Source: Candidatus Poseidoniaceae archaeon
Lineage (GTDB): Archaea > Thermoplasmatota > Poseidoniia > Poseidoniales > Poseidoniaceae
Direction: 5' to 3'
Length of the DNA stretch: 64,000 bases
Assembly (NCBI GenBank): GCA_949373095.1
Contig: CASIBY010000005.1
Span: forward strand, 110,955-174,954
Numbering within the stretch: the stretch's first letter is position 1; every line of letters starts with the position of its first letter. Of the stretch, positions 1 to 11,512 are shown one piece after another. A program made the translations under genes and the position numbers. The notes below the pieces were generated by a model that did not search any database, had not been told where the DNA came from, and saw nothing but the letters and a program-made list of their open reading frames with translations.

Positions 1-1982
1 CCCCAACTGGAATTGGTAAAACCGCAGCATCCCTGGCTGCTGCTCTTCAGGTGGCCAGCCAACAACCTCAGCGGAAAACAATTTTCTTCCTCACGTCCCG
101 CCAAACTCAGCATCGTATCGTTGTTGACACCGTTCGTAAAATCAACCAACAACGAGAAGGGATGGCCCCGATTAGACTTGTAGACATGGTCGGTCAAGCC
201 GGTATGTGCGTCCAAGAATTCGCCAAAGAATCGTCCGTTGTGTTTTCCCTAATGTGTAGCCAAGCACGCAAATCTAGGTCCTGCCGACCATGGATTACAA
301 GTGCCCCTGGCCTCAAGGAACGAATTCTTGAATCACCACTTCACGTTGATGAACTCGTATCACTTACTCGAACCCACACCGTCAACGGAGAAGTTACCCA
401 AGCATGCCCTTGGAAAGTAGCCCGTGAAGCCGTGAATGGTGCTGATGTATTCGTTGGAGATTACAATCACCTCTTTGATGAAGGTGTTCGGGACTCAAGC
501 CTGAAGGCAATGGACCTGTCCCTAGAGGACATCATTATCGTTGTAGACGAAGCACACAACTTGCCCGACCGTATTCGACTTACGCTTGAGAAACGACTCA
601 CGCAGACCATGATCCGGAACACGTTTGCAGAATTGGAAGAGTATGTCGGCACGCTTCAACGATCCATGAACATGCCTGGGGGAGAGATGCTGGCAGCAAC
701 CCACGACTTGGCCTACTGGGCCTTTCGAGGTCATTCGCACCTCAAGAAAGAGTTTTGCGGACTTTTTCAGCCGTCTTCGCTCATCACTTAACCGGTGACA
801 AGGAAGAGTGTGAAGTTCAGGTTGAAACCCTCCTCCAAGTGTTCCACCGGGCCTGTGATGAAGTCGACGGGATTGTCGGACAAAAGAATTTGAATTCGCC
901 CACCTGTCCAACAGACGCAAGCACGGCGTAGACCCAGCCGTCCGAATCCATCAACTGCGAGACATTCTTTCAGCCGTGGATGTGGACATGGACGCAGGGG
1001 ACGATGGAAACCCAATGGAGCCGAACGCTCACCGAGTCGCCCAGATTCTAGATTGCCTCATTCGCTTCGGCTCCACAACTGCAATGACGATGGTGTACGA
1101 TACCAAAGGGAAAGGATGGCCGAATCACGACCCACCTGCTCGACCCCGGATTGGTCTCGAAACCCGTCCTTACCGGCTCAGCCGGTGCCGTGCTGATGTC
1201 AGGAACGCTGTACCCCCCCACCATGTACGCCAACATCTTGGCGCTACCGACGGCCAAGACCACCGCTGTAGCCTATGCATCACCTTTTGCCGCCATGCGA
1301 CGGCCGGTGCTCGTGGCCTCGGACGTGACGACGAAAGTACACCGAGCGAACCCCCCAAAACACCGATTTAATGCGACAGCACATTCAATCACTCATTGAT
1401 ACAACACCAGGAAACGTGGCTGTATTTGCCCCATCTTATGCACTGCTCAATTCCATTGTTGCAGAAGCCCACTTCTCGGGTGTTCGGATGATGGTGGAGG
1501 ACCGTAACTGGACCAAGCAAGATCTGGACCAAGTGGTAGAAACCCTACTTGAAGAGAAGAAAGCTGGCCGCCGTATTCTGTTGGCCGGCGTGTTTAATGC
1601 GCGCCTTTCGGAAGGCGTAGACTACCATAGTGGCGCATTGGATGCTGTTGCTTGTATCGGCATTCCTAATTCACCACCCTCTGTACTTTCATCTGCTCTT
1701 AAAGCGCATGCCGAAGACCGTTTTGGAAGAAATCTTGCATGGAGGTACACTGTCTCTCAGCCAGCCATCAATTCCATACTGCAAGCGATGGGGCGTCCAA
1801 TTCGTTCTATTGGAGATAGGGCCCTCATCGTGCTTTTGGACCGAAGAGTTACAGAACGAACCTACGCCTCATGTTTTCCTGAAGACCTCAGAATGAACGA
1901 GTCGAGCGGGACCCAGAATCAACCGGCCATTTTGCACGGAGGTTTTTCTCCAAAATCCAACCCGACTCCACGCTTGGAGTGA
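1..1982 (+). CDS. xpd: XPD/Rad3/DinG-family FeS DNA helicase, 5'-truncated by the window and split by several frameshifts (ORFs 51-791, 976-1371, 1151-1399, 1371-1982)
   Basis: Frame 3 from base 3 reads PTGIGKT (Walker A). Four FeS-type Cys (GMC, LMC, RSC, ACPW), GDYNHLFD, DEAHN (motif II), LMSGTL (motif III), FAPSY, SEGVDY and QAMGRPIR (motif VI) are spread across successive frames. The frameshifts are probably sequencing errors. Confidence 0.85.
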
Positions 1983-2007
1983 AGGAAGAGTCCGACCGAA
2001 GGTTCAT

Positions 2008-2510
2008 GTGGGCTCGTCGTATCCAAACCTCATGGACGAATGGTCACCTCTCGCAATTGAGCAATCACCAAGCACGAACGAATCGATCACTCAGACGCAC
2101 CCAGTTTGGACGGCTTCTCACCCGATGCATCCATGCTCCAGGCTCAATTTTGAAACCGAGTCAACACACCTCTCACTGAGGTTCGCCAACTTCACACCGA
2201 AGTATTGGTAACTGCGGGTATGCTTCCTGAGATGTCACTTGCTGAAACAGAACCTGAACGTGCCCTTTCTTGGGTTGTTGAATCCATTAATGGAAGAATG
2301 AATCCTGACGGCCTTACCATTCCAATGCTAGGAACCACCTACGATGATCTCCATCTACGTTTCAAGACCATCAATGACCAAACTGTGGTTCAATTGCAGG
2401 TCGATGACGGAGACCTACCCCCCTTGGTCAAGGAAATTCCACTTCCCAAGGAAGCTTCATCTAACCTCACTGCTGAATTCAGCAACGGTCGCCTTCATCT
2501 CCGCTGGTAA
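2008..2510 (+). CDS. Hypothetical protein, probably one gene split by a frameshift near 2205; C-terminus weakly resembles the end of an Hsp20/alpha-crystallin fold
   Basis: ORFs 2008-2211 and 2205-2510 abut. The C-terminus KEIPLP...TAEFSNGRLHLRW resembles the terminal Hsp20 strands (A.f.NGvL.i). Confidence 0.4.
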
Positions 2511-2516
2511 GAACCA

Positions 2517-5500
2517 TCAACGCTGCGGGAACTTCTGAATCTGTTCGATTTCGGTTCCCATTCGTGTCAGTGATTGCACAGCAACTTCTTGATGTTGACT
2601 TCCCATTTCTTCACGACTGTACCGAGCCATTTCGAAGGTATTATCCAGTGCTGTGAGGGCATCATCAGAGACTCCATGCAAAGCCTGACGGATGGCAAAT
2701 TCAAACTCACGAACGGTTTCGAAATCCCTTCGCAGGAACCCACGTTGTTGGAGTAGACCACAGAGGTCTTGGTAACAGGTAAAGATGGACTCACGAACAG
2801 CATCACCTGCTGCAAGCAATTCAGCGGTGTAGGCAAACACCTCGGCAGCGTCCTTCAACAGATCGTCTGAAGCAACCTTACGTCGGTAGAGAACTACGCC
2901 TCCAGCGATGAGGGCTCCAAGAAGTAGAACCAAGACATAAGCCCACGGAGATACTGGGGATTCTTCTTCAGCGTAGGAATATTTCAACTCAAATCCTTCA
3001 CTGCGTTGAGCTTCAAAGTCTTGTGTGCTTTGGCTGGAAATCCGTGGGTCGTTGATGACGATGTCCAAGGTGACTTCGCCCCAGAAGGAATAGTCACCAT
3101 ATGGTGGGTCGGCAGGGAAGTCAAAGATTACTTCACCAGAGTTGTCCGTCTGACGTTGCTGGGATGCAATTTGGCTGTTGTTTTCATCGTAAAGATAGAC
3201 TACAACGTTAATCCCTGGAATTCCATTCTTGGTATCCTTAGCCGTAATGAGGACTTCAATGTCAATCTCTTCTTGAACACCTTCAACGATTGCTCCAACC
3301 GTTGGAACAATGTTTGCATTGACTTGTACAAAGACAGCCTTGCTTACCGTTCCTGAATTCAGATAGTTTGAATCGTTACGAGCAGAGTCCACTGCAAAAT
3401 ATTGTGAACCAACGTCGAGCCAGTAGGGTGCAGTTGATGTCATAGAGAAGTTTCCATTTGCCCATGTGATGAGAACTGTTGGGAAACACTGAGCACCTTC
3501 ACGACCACTCGTACATTCTGAACCGTTACCAATGGTCAAAACGAGGTCTTCAAAGACTTCTCCTTCACCACCGACTTCCTGTATTGAACCAGTGTAGACA
3601 ATTGGCGCAAACACATCATCAGACCTTGTCACAATCGTTGTTGAGGTGGGGTCAAGCGTAATGATAACATCAGACCAAACCAAAAGATTGCTATTGGCTG
3701 AAGTAGCTAGGTGTGCCTGTGTGCCCTCGAAACTAACTGACAGTGAATGGGTTCCACGAGAGAGGTCCATTGTTGTAGGAATACTTGCTGACCAAATTCC
3801 ATCGGCCCCGGTCACAGTTGAGAACAACGGAACTCCGTCCATTGAGATGTCGACCATCATTCCAACCAAACCGTCTCGTTCCACGGTGTCAAAGTCATAC
3901 AGACGACCAGTAACTTCCCACGAATCTCCCCGAGTGGCTTCAATACCGTCTTCGAACAGAAGTGTAACCCAAGATCGATGTGAAAGGAAGAATGTCACAT
4001 TTCCTGAACCTGAGCGATAATATCCTTGTGAAGCAACATCGGCTTCAAGGGTGTGATTGCCGAACGCAAAGATGTCTGGAACCAACCAGTCAAAGGTAAA
4101 CGCACCGTTTTCATCGGTTGTGAGTGAGGTAATTACAATGCCTTCTACAACCAACTGAACTTCATGGTTTGCAATTCCGAGAAGTTGGTTATCAACAACA
4201 GTTCCGCTCACCGTTACCGTTTCGTTGACGGCCACTGGAGAGGTCATATCAACGGTGACGAGAACAGGACTGAAGATTTCCCAAACACCTGTTGCATTGC
4301 TTGGAAGGTAAGCCACTGTTCCTGTGAAACGGATTTCAACCGAGAGTGAACCAAGTTGGGCCTCAGCAGGTACAGGATGAACTGCGATGAAGTATCCGTT
4401 TTCATCGGTTGTAGTGTTGGTCAACCATTGTCCATCAAGCCAAATTCCAATCGTCAAGTTCGGCAGGCTGTTGTCCACGAGGTCAACCAGTTGACCTTCA
4501 AGGGTCATCGTTGATTCACGGTCTACTTGACCAGTTGGGGTCAAGAAGATAATCTCGGTGGGCACGCTAACATTGAACCCAACCGTTCCTGAACTCGGCA
4601 TGTAATATTCAGGATTAATGATGTCACCGTAGCCAACAGGGTCTACCCACTCTCGGCCGCCACGGAATTCAACTCCGATGACGTGAGGCCCTGCCGAAAT
4701 GTCATCCGGTAGAGTGTAGCCAAGAGTGTAAGAGCCGTCGGTAGCATTGGTCTCAATGCTCGCCACTGGGACACCATCAATCGTGAGGTGAACAACTGCA
4801 GTAGCGGGAGCACCTGCATCCATGAGAGGCATTCCCAAGTCATCAAGGAGCGTTCCATTTACCGTCAATGAATCACCAGCGGTGAGGACCGTTGGAGCAT
4901 CGATAATTGTAAGGTTGGTTGCTGCTAACACAACGAAGGGGGTTGTACCGTTTGAACCAAGGATCCCCGTTGTACCGGAGATTCCAGTAAAGGATGCACG
5001 GATGTCCGCAGGTCCAACTGATGAGTCAAAGGGCACGAGAAGTGTTCCAAACGCGCTACCGTTGGGTGCTGTCAAGAAGACTCCACTCACGTTGGTTCCA
5101 GGAAGAGTCACTGTCACGGATTGATTGTCTAATGCATCGCCTTGATTGTCACGCAAAAGAAGTTGGAAGGAAACGTTGGTTCCACGGTCTGTACGGTCGT
5201 TCAAGGAAGGTTGACCGAGTCCGTCAAGACTTGGTATGATGAAATCAAGGGTAGAGAACCCTCTGGAATCAAAGGATGTGTTGTTTTCTGAACCCACGTA
5301 ATAGTTGACATTCGGTAGGTACGTTGCTTCCATCACATGCGTTCCTGCACCAAAGGTTTCGGTAAGTCGTAGGGTTGCGTTCCAGAACCCACCGTCACCA
5401 ATGGCTCCTCCTGTCACAGTAAATCCAGTTGGAACTCCGTCAATGGAGAAGAGCACATTGGCATTGGGCAGGGTAATATTATCCCGTTGAATCAATCCTG

Positions 5501-8500
5501 AGCCGTTGTCAGAAGTCACCCGACCTGAGATATTGAATTCATCACCAGCAACCGGATTGTCCGTGATGGTATCCACGACCATGAACGTCAATGAACGAAC
5601 GGTAATTGTGGTGAGGTTAGCCGAGGTTGAGAGGAGGTCAGTTGAACCGTTGTAGACCATTTGAACGATGATTAGTCCTAATGGGTGGTCGTAAGGTATC
5701 GTATACGAGAAGTTCGCAAAGCCTTCACCGTCAGTTGTGGCGGATGTCAACCAAGTTTCATGGAATTCAAGACCAACATCATATCCTGCCAGAGGGGCAA
5801 AGAGGTCCGAAGCCTCAACAAGTTTTGCAGACATGTTGATTGTATTTCCACGGTTGATCACCACGGGGTTAAGCGGGACCAAATTCTCCAGGCGGGACAC
5901 ACCCATGACCTGAATTGGTGTTTGGGCTGTTGCAGTCAGATAGAACGGTGAGGATTCGTTGACAACGGAGATAACGAGTGTGTGAGGGCCTCGTTGAGTT
6001 CCGTTGTTTGCTGTGTCGGTTGGAACACTCATGTTGAAACTGCCGTTAGTGGTTGTGGAAAATCCGTTGAGAAGAAGTTCATCGGGATACTCAAGCCAGA
6101 AGACATTGAGTCGGACTGGTGAGATCAACGGCCGTGAACTGTTCTCTGCATCAAGCACCTGTCCAACCACATTGAATGGTGTTCCTGCGGTGATGGTGGC
6201 TGGAACATTGTTGAATTGGATGTCACTCGTGACCTGAATGGTGATGTTGAGAAGCGTCGAGTTACCCAAATATCGGGTATTTCCAGCGGTCAATGATGAA
6301 CTGATGTCGTCCTGAACGATGACCAATAGATCGTAGTATCCCGGAGCAATACCTGAAGGTGTGAAACTAAAGGTTGCGTTACCATCAGCATCAGAGGAAA
6401 CGGTACCCAACGAGGTGTTGGTAATCCCGTAGTCCCAGATGTATTCCACTGAAGCCCCAGTGACGTTTGAACCGTCTGCAATGTCGGTAATTTTGGCGAT
6501 GAAATCAACAGTATTGTTCATTTCAACGATGTAGTTTTGTCGTTCAGCCGTGACAACGACTTCAGATTCAATACCTCCAAGAGTAGAGATCAATGCTGGT
6601 GGGCTTGGTGGCAGACTCGTATCAAGGTAGGAATAGTAAGCACCCCCAATTGGTGCCTGAGATTCAAAGTCAAACTCAAGCACAAAGTCGTAAACCCCCG
6701 AAGCGATGGTGGTCGGCATGGTGATTGGTATGTTGAACGCACCTGTAGAATTGTTAAGTGAAGATGTTGCAATGTCAACTGGCCCCTCTTCGAGGTTAAT
6801 AGTAACACGAATCTGGGTGGCATTGTTGAGAACAGGGGTGTTGTAGAACGCATCAAAGATGTCCCCAAACAAGAAGGTGGAGCCGCCAAGATGAGTCCAA
6901 TCCTGTCCTATGGAAAGGTTGTATCCAATCTCAGCTTGTACCCGTATGCTTCCGTTGCCGATAGAAGGCTGATAATACTCTGAACCGTTGAAAGAGATGT
7001 CAATCGGATAGTCCCCTGCAAGAAGGTCGGAGGTAAGAGGCCAAGAAAACTCAATCACGTCGCCACCTGGGTCGGTGGTAGTATTGTACCAAGTTCCGTT
7101 GAATGATAAATCATAGTCTCCCAAAAGAACGAGATTTTGAACAAACCCTCGGTGGTCTGTAATCGAAACTTCAACGGTGCCGTCAAAGCCTCGCATTTGA
7201 GCCGAATCAGCAACTTGGAATCCAAGGAAACCGCGTAAGAAGTACGGCCAACTGGTACTTACGTTAGCGTCATCCGTTGCCGGAAGTGTTGCTGGGAAGA
7301 AGCGAAGACGAACTTCTAGTTCACCCGAACCTACCATCGTTGACGAGGGGAGGAAATGTTGGACTGAGAACGTCCCAGTGACGCTTGTGTTGAACACTTC
7401 GAACCAAACATCGCCACTATTGTTACCACGAATAGCAAATTGCAGATTTCCTGTCAATGGCACTGGAGACGGCCCTACTGAAACCGCAGAGCCGTTCACC
7501 CAGATGTTGTCATCGAGAAGGAGAATGCTCTTGTTGGTCAAGGGACCTTCAATAACTGCTGTCAGATTTGGTGCATCGGTCACATTGAGTACTATGGAGG
7601 TAGTTGTAGGATTAAGGTGGAAAGCCTCGAGAGGTATACCTGTGACTGAGGTATCCTGCCAGCCAGAATATCCAAGTGTAGCAGAGAGGTTTCCTTTGGT
7701 TTCAAATTCGCTGAGATTCAAGGTGAATGCGAATGCTCCAGCGCTGTCAACAAGTCCGGTTAAGTTCTGAAGGCCGTCAACAGAGGAGGTATACGTCAAC
7801 CAAACAGTTTGATTCGGAAGTTGGAAGAAGACATCTAGAGGTTGGTTCTCAAACTCGAGCAAGCCCTCAATGACTGTGGTTGCACCTGCACCAGCAACTG
7901 GAGCGTTAATGACTGCAGGAGCCGTATGGAATAAGGATGAATTCTCTGTCATGTTCACAAAACCATCGTAAACAGTCCCGCCGTTTGGAACATAACCAGA
8001 CTGACGGTACTCGATGACGATATTGTGCATGCCTGGTGCCGAAGGAGAATCTGGAGCACCTGTGAAGTTGAAGGTTCCATTTGCATCGGTTCGGAACTCT
8101 CCAATCAAACGGTCCATTGAACCGCCTGGGCCCGGAACGAGGTTTGCATCGGAAACTGGGACAAGATAGGCAAAGACTGGAATTTCAGAAGCGGGTGTCC
8201 CGTTTTCCGCATAGCGAAGTTGACCTGTTACATTGAGATCTTGGGTACTGTCACGATTCCAAGTCAAGGTGGAAATGGTTTGGTTGACAACTTCCATTTC
8301 TTCTGCTGGTGGGCAAGGGTCAAAGGCGACCCAACCGAGGTCTGTATTTCCGTTTGCACTGTTTTGTTGGAGGCGGACTTCGGACCAAGTCGTTGCGTCA
8401 GTAGCATAGACTGCATAACCTTCTCCAGTCCATGTTCCTCCGGAATAACCAGTCACTTGGCGAGCTGGGAGCCCAGCAAGACGAGCCATGGTTACGAACA

Positions 8501-11423
8501 TAGTGTTGAATTCTCGGCAAGAGCCTTCTTTTCTTGTTTCAAGGATGTTGAGCGTCGTGTCGAGAATAGAGGGGGTGCTGGAACCGTTGTAATTACGCTT
8601 GAACTCAGTTGTACCGTTTCCGTTGGTGAGGAATTCTTCAAGAGCAGTTGCAACACTGTAAGCATCCGTTGCACCTGAATCCGTTACGACACCATTTGTG
8701 ACGTTGAAGACATAGGAGTGAACATCGGTCACATTGGTAAAGATTTCATCGGTGAGGAGTTCGTAGGGGAAGCCTTGCCCTGGCACCGTAGTGGATGCTA
8801 GAGTCGCCCAATCAAAGTAGTACTCTGGTTGTTGGAACCAAAGTTCGTTAATTGGACCTTGGTCAACAGAGAGGGTGTGCGTATCGTTGTTTCTTGAGAA
8901 CGAAGCGATCGATTCAAACACATAAGATATGTTGGAATAGAACGAAGGCACTGGAATCTGACCAATATTAATCGGGTTGTTGTAATTGATGGTCCATTCA
9001 ATAGTGTCGTTTGCGAACGAGAGAGGAGCAAGATGCGTGAGGTTGCTGTAGGGGATGGATACTGCCTCCTTGGGGTGCACGCTGTCAAGTTGCGCATAGG
9101 TAGAACCTGTGTAAAAGTCGTTCGTAACCGCCCGCCAGCGGTGGATGCTGTCCAAGTCAACAACGCCTGTGGAGTTGTTTGCCCAGAAGAGAACATCGTT
9201 GTTGAGGATATCATCGGTGGGGTCGAAGGGGTCAAACGGTGAGCCTGCGCAATTTGCGACCCAATAAAGGTCCGGACATTCAATTCCGTCAAGCAATCCA
9301 CCGCCGTCAGTATCTGGATTAGTCCAGTCGGTTCCAGTCTGATTTTCAATCGCATCGGGGACGCCGTCACCGTCAAAGTCATCGGGTTGAACGTCATCGC
9401 TAGGATCATTTTGTGGATTGCTTCCGTCATAGTATTCTGTTCGGTCGTTAACACCACCCTGATCCGTATCAAACGAAGCAAAGTCAGTGACCCAAATGTC
9501 CTGAGAACCATTGGTAATTCCGATGAACAGCAAGTCGCAACCCGTATTGTTTTCGAAATAATTGTTGAGGCCGTCACCATCTGTGTCCAACAAATTCGCA
9601 CAAGGTTCGTTAGGATCGGTATTGTCTGAGATTTCTCCGAAGTCGTCTACTCCATCAGCATCAGAATCTGCGAGGTTTGGATTAGAGAACCATCCGAATG
9701 TACCCAACAACTCCTGCCAGTCTGCAAGACCGTCTCGGTCGCTGTCTGTGAAATCATCATCGCAATATTGCTGTGTTGAACCGATAGTTCCGGAAGCCAC
9801 TGCATCTGTATGACAGAACGAACCGTTGCGATTTGCAACTTGACTAGGCGATGCACTTGGGCCGTTTGATACGCCTTGGAGCGCGGCGTTCACCACCGTC
9901 GCATAAGCGAAAGACTCCCAAGTCCCGGATACATTGTACCAACCTACGCCACCCCCTGGACTAAATCCACTACCGTTCCCAAGTATGAGTCGGTTGGCGG
10001 AAGAATCGTAACTGACAAATGTAGTCTCAAAGTTAACGAGAGAATCACAAGGGTCAGTGCCGTGACTGATGTTTCGCTCATCTCCGTCACTTATGCCCCC
10101 GAAGTCGGTATCTGCGACGTTCCAAAGCGTACAAGAGAGGTTTTCCTCCCAGTTCTGAATACCATCATTGTCTGCATCACCGGCATCTTCACGACGAGTG
10201 GGGTCGGTTTCGCCTTCGTCTACTAATCCGTTGAAATTGATATCCTCTTCGCCATCATCAAAGGCATCGTCATCGGTATTGTTGTCACGAGGGTCGCTGG
10301 CTTGAGCGGGGTTACCGTATGCACCGTTCACTTCGACACCGTCGCTAATGCCGTCACCATCGGTATCTGAGGACGTAGGGTCAGTGAGAAGTGTAAGTGC
10401 CTCATATGAATCGTTGAGGCCGTCACCATCTGTATCGGCAATCTGAGGGTTGGTTGAGGTGATTCCATCCACCTCTGCCGTATAGGTTGCGCAGGCACCA
10501 GGGCCAACGCCTTGAACGGGGTCGCAAGGCGAAGTGGTTTCAGTCACAGCACCGTCAGGACCGTTTCTGAAACATGGAGAGGATCCGCACATCGTCGTCC
10601 AGGTAGGATTGACATATTCCATGAGGTTCGTTAACCCGTCGCCGTCAGGATCACCGTTTGGACCGTCTGCATTGGATGGTGATGTTGCATTGAGGCCATT
10701 TGCAGCCTCCCATCCATCGTTCATTCCGTCGCCGTCGGTATCCCATCCAGCAGGGTCTTCGTCAATGAGTCCGTCTCCGTCGTCATCGTCACTCAAACAA
10801 TCTGCATCACCATCGTTGTCTGAATCTGCAGCATCAACGAAACCGTCTTTGTCATCATCAAATCCGTTTGTACAAATATTCCCTACAGGGTCTTCGTCGC
10901 ATAGGATGATGCTACCAGTTCCGTCAGAACCAGCTGCGCCGCACGCAGGTTGATTGTATTGCATGGAATCTTCTTCATTCCAATCATTGACCGGGATGGT
11001 TCCGTTCCACCAAACACCATTGTCAAGAACAGAGCCGGTATTGGGATTGTCCCAGCCACTCGGCATGAGGTAGGTATATTCCTGAAGATTTGACATTCCA
11101 TCTCCGTCGGGGTCAGCAACTGCGCCGTCTGCTCCAGATGAGGAAAGTGGGTCAAGTCCATACTTCCACTCCCATCCGTCTGGAAGACCGTCATTGTCGG
11201 AATCCGGGTCGTTAGGTTGAGTGTTCATCAGGTACTCCAAACCGTATGTAAGCCCGTCACCGTCTTGGTCCGAGGCTGCTTGTACATCAATTGCAAGATA
11301 TTCAATGGATGCAAGCGATGATAACACCATCAAAAGCGTCAAAAACACTGATTTTACGGCGTTTTTACGCTCTGACAGGCGCAATTGAGGGGTCGCGGCA
11401 GTAAGGTTTGAGCCTGTCAGCAT
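2517..11423 (-). CDS. Giant (~2970 aa) membrane-anchored surface protein: DxDxDG Ca-binding repeats, transglutaminase-like domain, Ig-like/beta-sandwich repeats, C-terminal TM helix and DUF4129-like domain
   Basis: N-terminal hydrophobic segment; many DxDGDG/DxDNDG repeats; GSCREF...MARLAGLPARQVTGY...WSEV...GWVAFDP; TM helix WAYVLVLLLGALIAGGVVLY followed by CYQDL...ETVREF...FEMARYS. First ATG is at 11423; the ORF track starts at GTG 11432. Confidence 0.8.
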   Translation of the reverse strand: MLTGSNLTAATPQLRLSERKNAVKSVFLTLLMVLSSLASIEYLAIDVQAASDQDGDGLTYGLEYLMNTQPNDPDSDNDGLPDGWEWKYGLDPLSSSGADGAVADPDGDGMSNLQEYTYLMPSGWDNPNTGSVLDNGVWWNGTIPVNDWNEEDSMQYNQPACGAAGSDGTGSIILCDEDPVGNICTNGFDDDKDGFVDAADSDNDGDADCLSDDDDGDGLIDEDPAGWDTDGDGMNDGWEAANGLNATSPSNADGPNGDPDGDGLTNLMEYVNPTWTTMCGSSPCFRNGPDGAVTETTSPCDPVQGVGPGACATYTAEVDGITSTNPQIADTDGDGLNDSYEALTLLTDPTSSDTDGDGISDGVEVNGAYGNPAQASDPRDNNTDDDAFDDGEEDINFNGLVDEGETDPTRREDAGDADNDGIQNWEENLSCTLWNVADTDFGGISDGDERNISHGTDPCDSLVNFETTFVSYDSSANRLILGNGSGFSPGGGVGWYNVSGTWESFAYATVVNAALQGVSNGPSASPSQVANRNGSFCHTDAVASGTIGSTQQYCDDDFTDSDRDGLADWQELLGTFGWFSNPNLADSDADGVDDFGEISDNTDPNEPCANLLDTDGDGLNNYFENNTGCDLLFIGITNGSQDIWVTDFASFDTDQGGVNDRTEYYDGSNPQNDPSDDVQPDDFDGDGVPDAIENQTGTDWTNPDTDGGGLLDGIECPDLYWVANCAGSPFDPFDPTDDILNNDVLFWANNSTGVVDLDSIHRWRAVTNDFYTGSTYAQLDSVHPKEAVSIPYSNLTHLAPLSFANDTIEWTINYNNPINIGQIPVPSFYSNISYVFESIASFSRNNDTHTLSVDQGPINELWFQQPEYYFDWATLASTTVPGQGFPYELLTDEIFTNVTDVHSYVFNVTNGVVTDSGATDAYSVATALEEFLTNGNGTTEFKRNYNGSSTPSILDTTLNILETRKEGSCREFNTMFVTMARLAGLPARQVTGYSGGTWTGEGYAVYATDATTWSEVRLQQNSANGNTDLGWVAFDPCPPAEEMEVVNQTISTLTWNRDSTQDLNVTGQLRYAENGTPASEIPVFAYLVPVSDANLVPGPGGSMDRLIGEFRTDANGTFNFTGAPDSPSAPGMHNIVIEYRQSGYVPNGGTVYDGFVNMTENSSLFHTAPAVINAPVAGAGATTVIEGLLEFENQPLDVFFQLPNQTVWLTYTSSVDGLQNLTGLVDSAGAFAFTLNLSEFETKGNLSATLGYSGWQDTSVTGIPLEAFHLNPTTTSIVLNVTDAPNLTAVIEGPLTNKSILLLDDNIWVNGSAVSVGPSPVPLTGNLQFAIRGNNSGDVWFEVFNTSVTGTFSVQHFLPSSTMVGSGELEVRLRFFPATLPATDDANVSTSWPYFLRGFLGFQVADSAQMRGFDGTVEVSITDHRGFVQNLVLLGDYDLSFNGTWYNTTTDPGGDVIEFSWPLTSDLLAGDYPIDISFNGSEYYQPSIGNGSIRVQAEIGYNLSIGQDWTHLGGSTFLFGDIFDAFYNTPVLNNATQIRVTINLEEGPVDIATSSLNNSTGAFNIPITMPTTIASGVYDFVLEFDFESQAPIGGAYYSYLDTSLPPSPPALISTLGGIESEVVVTAERQNYIVEMNNTVDFIAKITDIADGSNVTGASVEYIWDYGITNTSLGTVSSDADGNATFSFTPSGIAPGYYDLLVIVQDDISSSLTAGNTRYLGNSTLLNITIQVTSDIQFNNVPATITAGTPFNVVGQVLDAENSSRPLISPVRLNVFWLEYPDELLLNGFSTTTNGSFNMSVPTDTANNGTQRGPHTLVISVVNESSPFYLTATAQTPIQVMGVSRLENLVPLNPVVINRGNTINMSAKLVEASDLFAPLAGYDVGLEFHETWLTSATTDGEGFANFSYTIPYDHPLGLIIVQMVYNGSTDLLSTSANLTTITVRSLTFMVVDTITDNPVAGDEFNISGRVTSDNGSGLIQRDNITLPNANVLFSIDGVPTGFTVTGGAIGDGGFWNATLRLTETFGAGTHVMEATYLPNVNYYVGSENNTSFDSRGFSTLDFIIPSLDGLGQPSLNDRTDRGTNVSFQLLLRDNQGDALDNQSVTVTLPGTNVSGVFLTAPNGSAFGTLLVPFDSSVGPADIRASFTGISGTTGILGSNGTTPFVVLAATNLTIIDAPTVLTAGDSLTVNGTLLDDLGMPLMDAGAPATAVVHLTIDGVPVASIETNATDGSYTLGYTLPDDISAGPHVIGVEFRGGREWVDPVGYGDIINPEYYMPSSGTVGFNVSVPTEIIFLTPTGQVDRESTMTLEGQLVDLVDNSLPNLTIGIWLDGQWLTNTTTDENGYFIAVHPVPAEAQLGSLSVEIRFTGTVAYLPSNATGVWEIFSPVLVTVDMTSPVAVNETVTVSGTVVDNQLLGIANHEVQLVVEGIVITSLTTDENGAFTFDWLVPDIFAFGNHTLEADVASQGYYRSGSGNVTFFLSHRSWVTLLFEDGIEATRGDSWEVTGRLYDFDTVERDGLVGMMVDISMDGVPLFSTVTGADGIWSASIPTTMDLSRGTHSLSVSFEGTQAHLATSANSNLLVWSDVIITLDPTSTTIVTRSDDVFAPIVYTGSIQEVGGEGEVFEDLVLTIGNGSECTSGREGAQCFPTVLITWANGNFSMTSTAPYWLDVGSQYFAVDSARNDSNYLNSGTVSKAVFVQVNANIVPTVGAIVEGVQEEIDIEVLITAKDTKNGIPGINVVVYLYDENNSQIASQQRQTDNSGEVIFDFPADPPYGDYSFWGEVTLDIVINDPRISSQSTQDFEAQRSEGFELKYSYAEEESPVSPWAYVLVLLLGALIAGGVVLYRRKVASDDLLKDAAEVFAYTAELLAAGDAVRESIFTCYQDLCGLLQQRGFLRRDFETVREFEFAIRQALHGVSDDALTALDNTFEMARYSREEMGSQHQEVAVQSLTRMGTEIEQIQKFPQR
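9240..11270 (-). repeat. Protein-level tandem DxDxDG (thrombospondin type 3-like, Ca-binding) repeats within the giant surface protein
   Basis: Recurrent DQDGDGL, DSDNDGL, DPDGDGM, DTDGDGM, DTDGDGL, DFDGDGV motifs followed by E...G.DP/NP. Confidence 0.75.
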
Positions 11424-11512
11424 GGTTCTCACAATTGACGGTGTGTTTTATGCCTCATAAGGGAAATGGTACGATGTTCATACAACCCTATGAAAAGAAG
11501 GTATTTTTTTTC

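Noticed and set aside
1..2510. Decayed XPD pseudogene or split helicase system
   Set aside because: All helicase motifs and FeS cysteines are intact across frames. Indels cluster at the window edge, consistent with low-quality sequence.
8798..9601. 267-aa alternative-frame ORF, and similar shadow ORFs such as 34042-34701 and 62646-63428
   Set aside because: They overlap well-supported genes and have no recognisable motifs, so they are by-products of biased codon usage.
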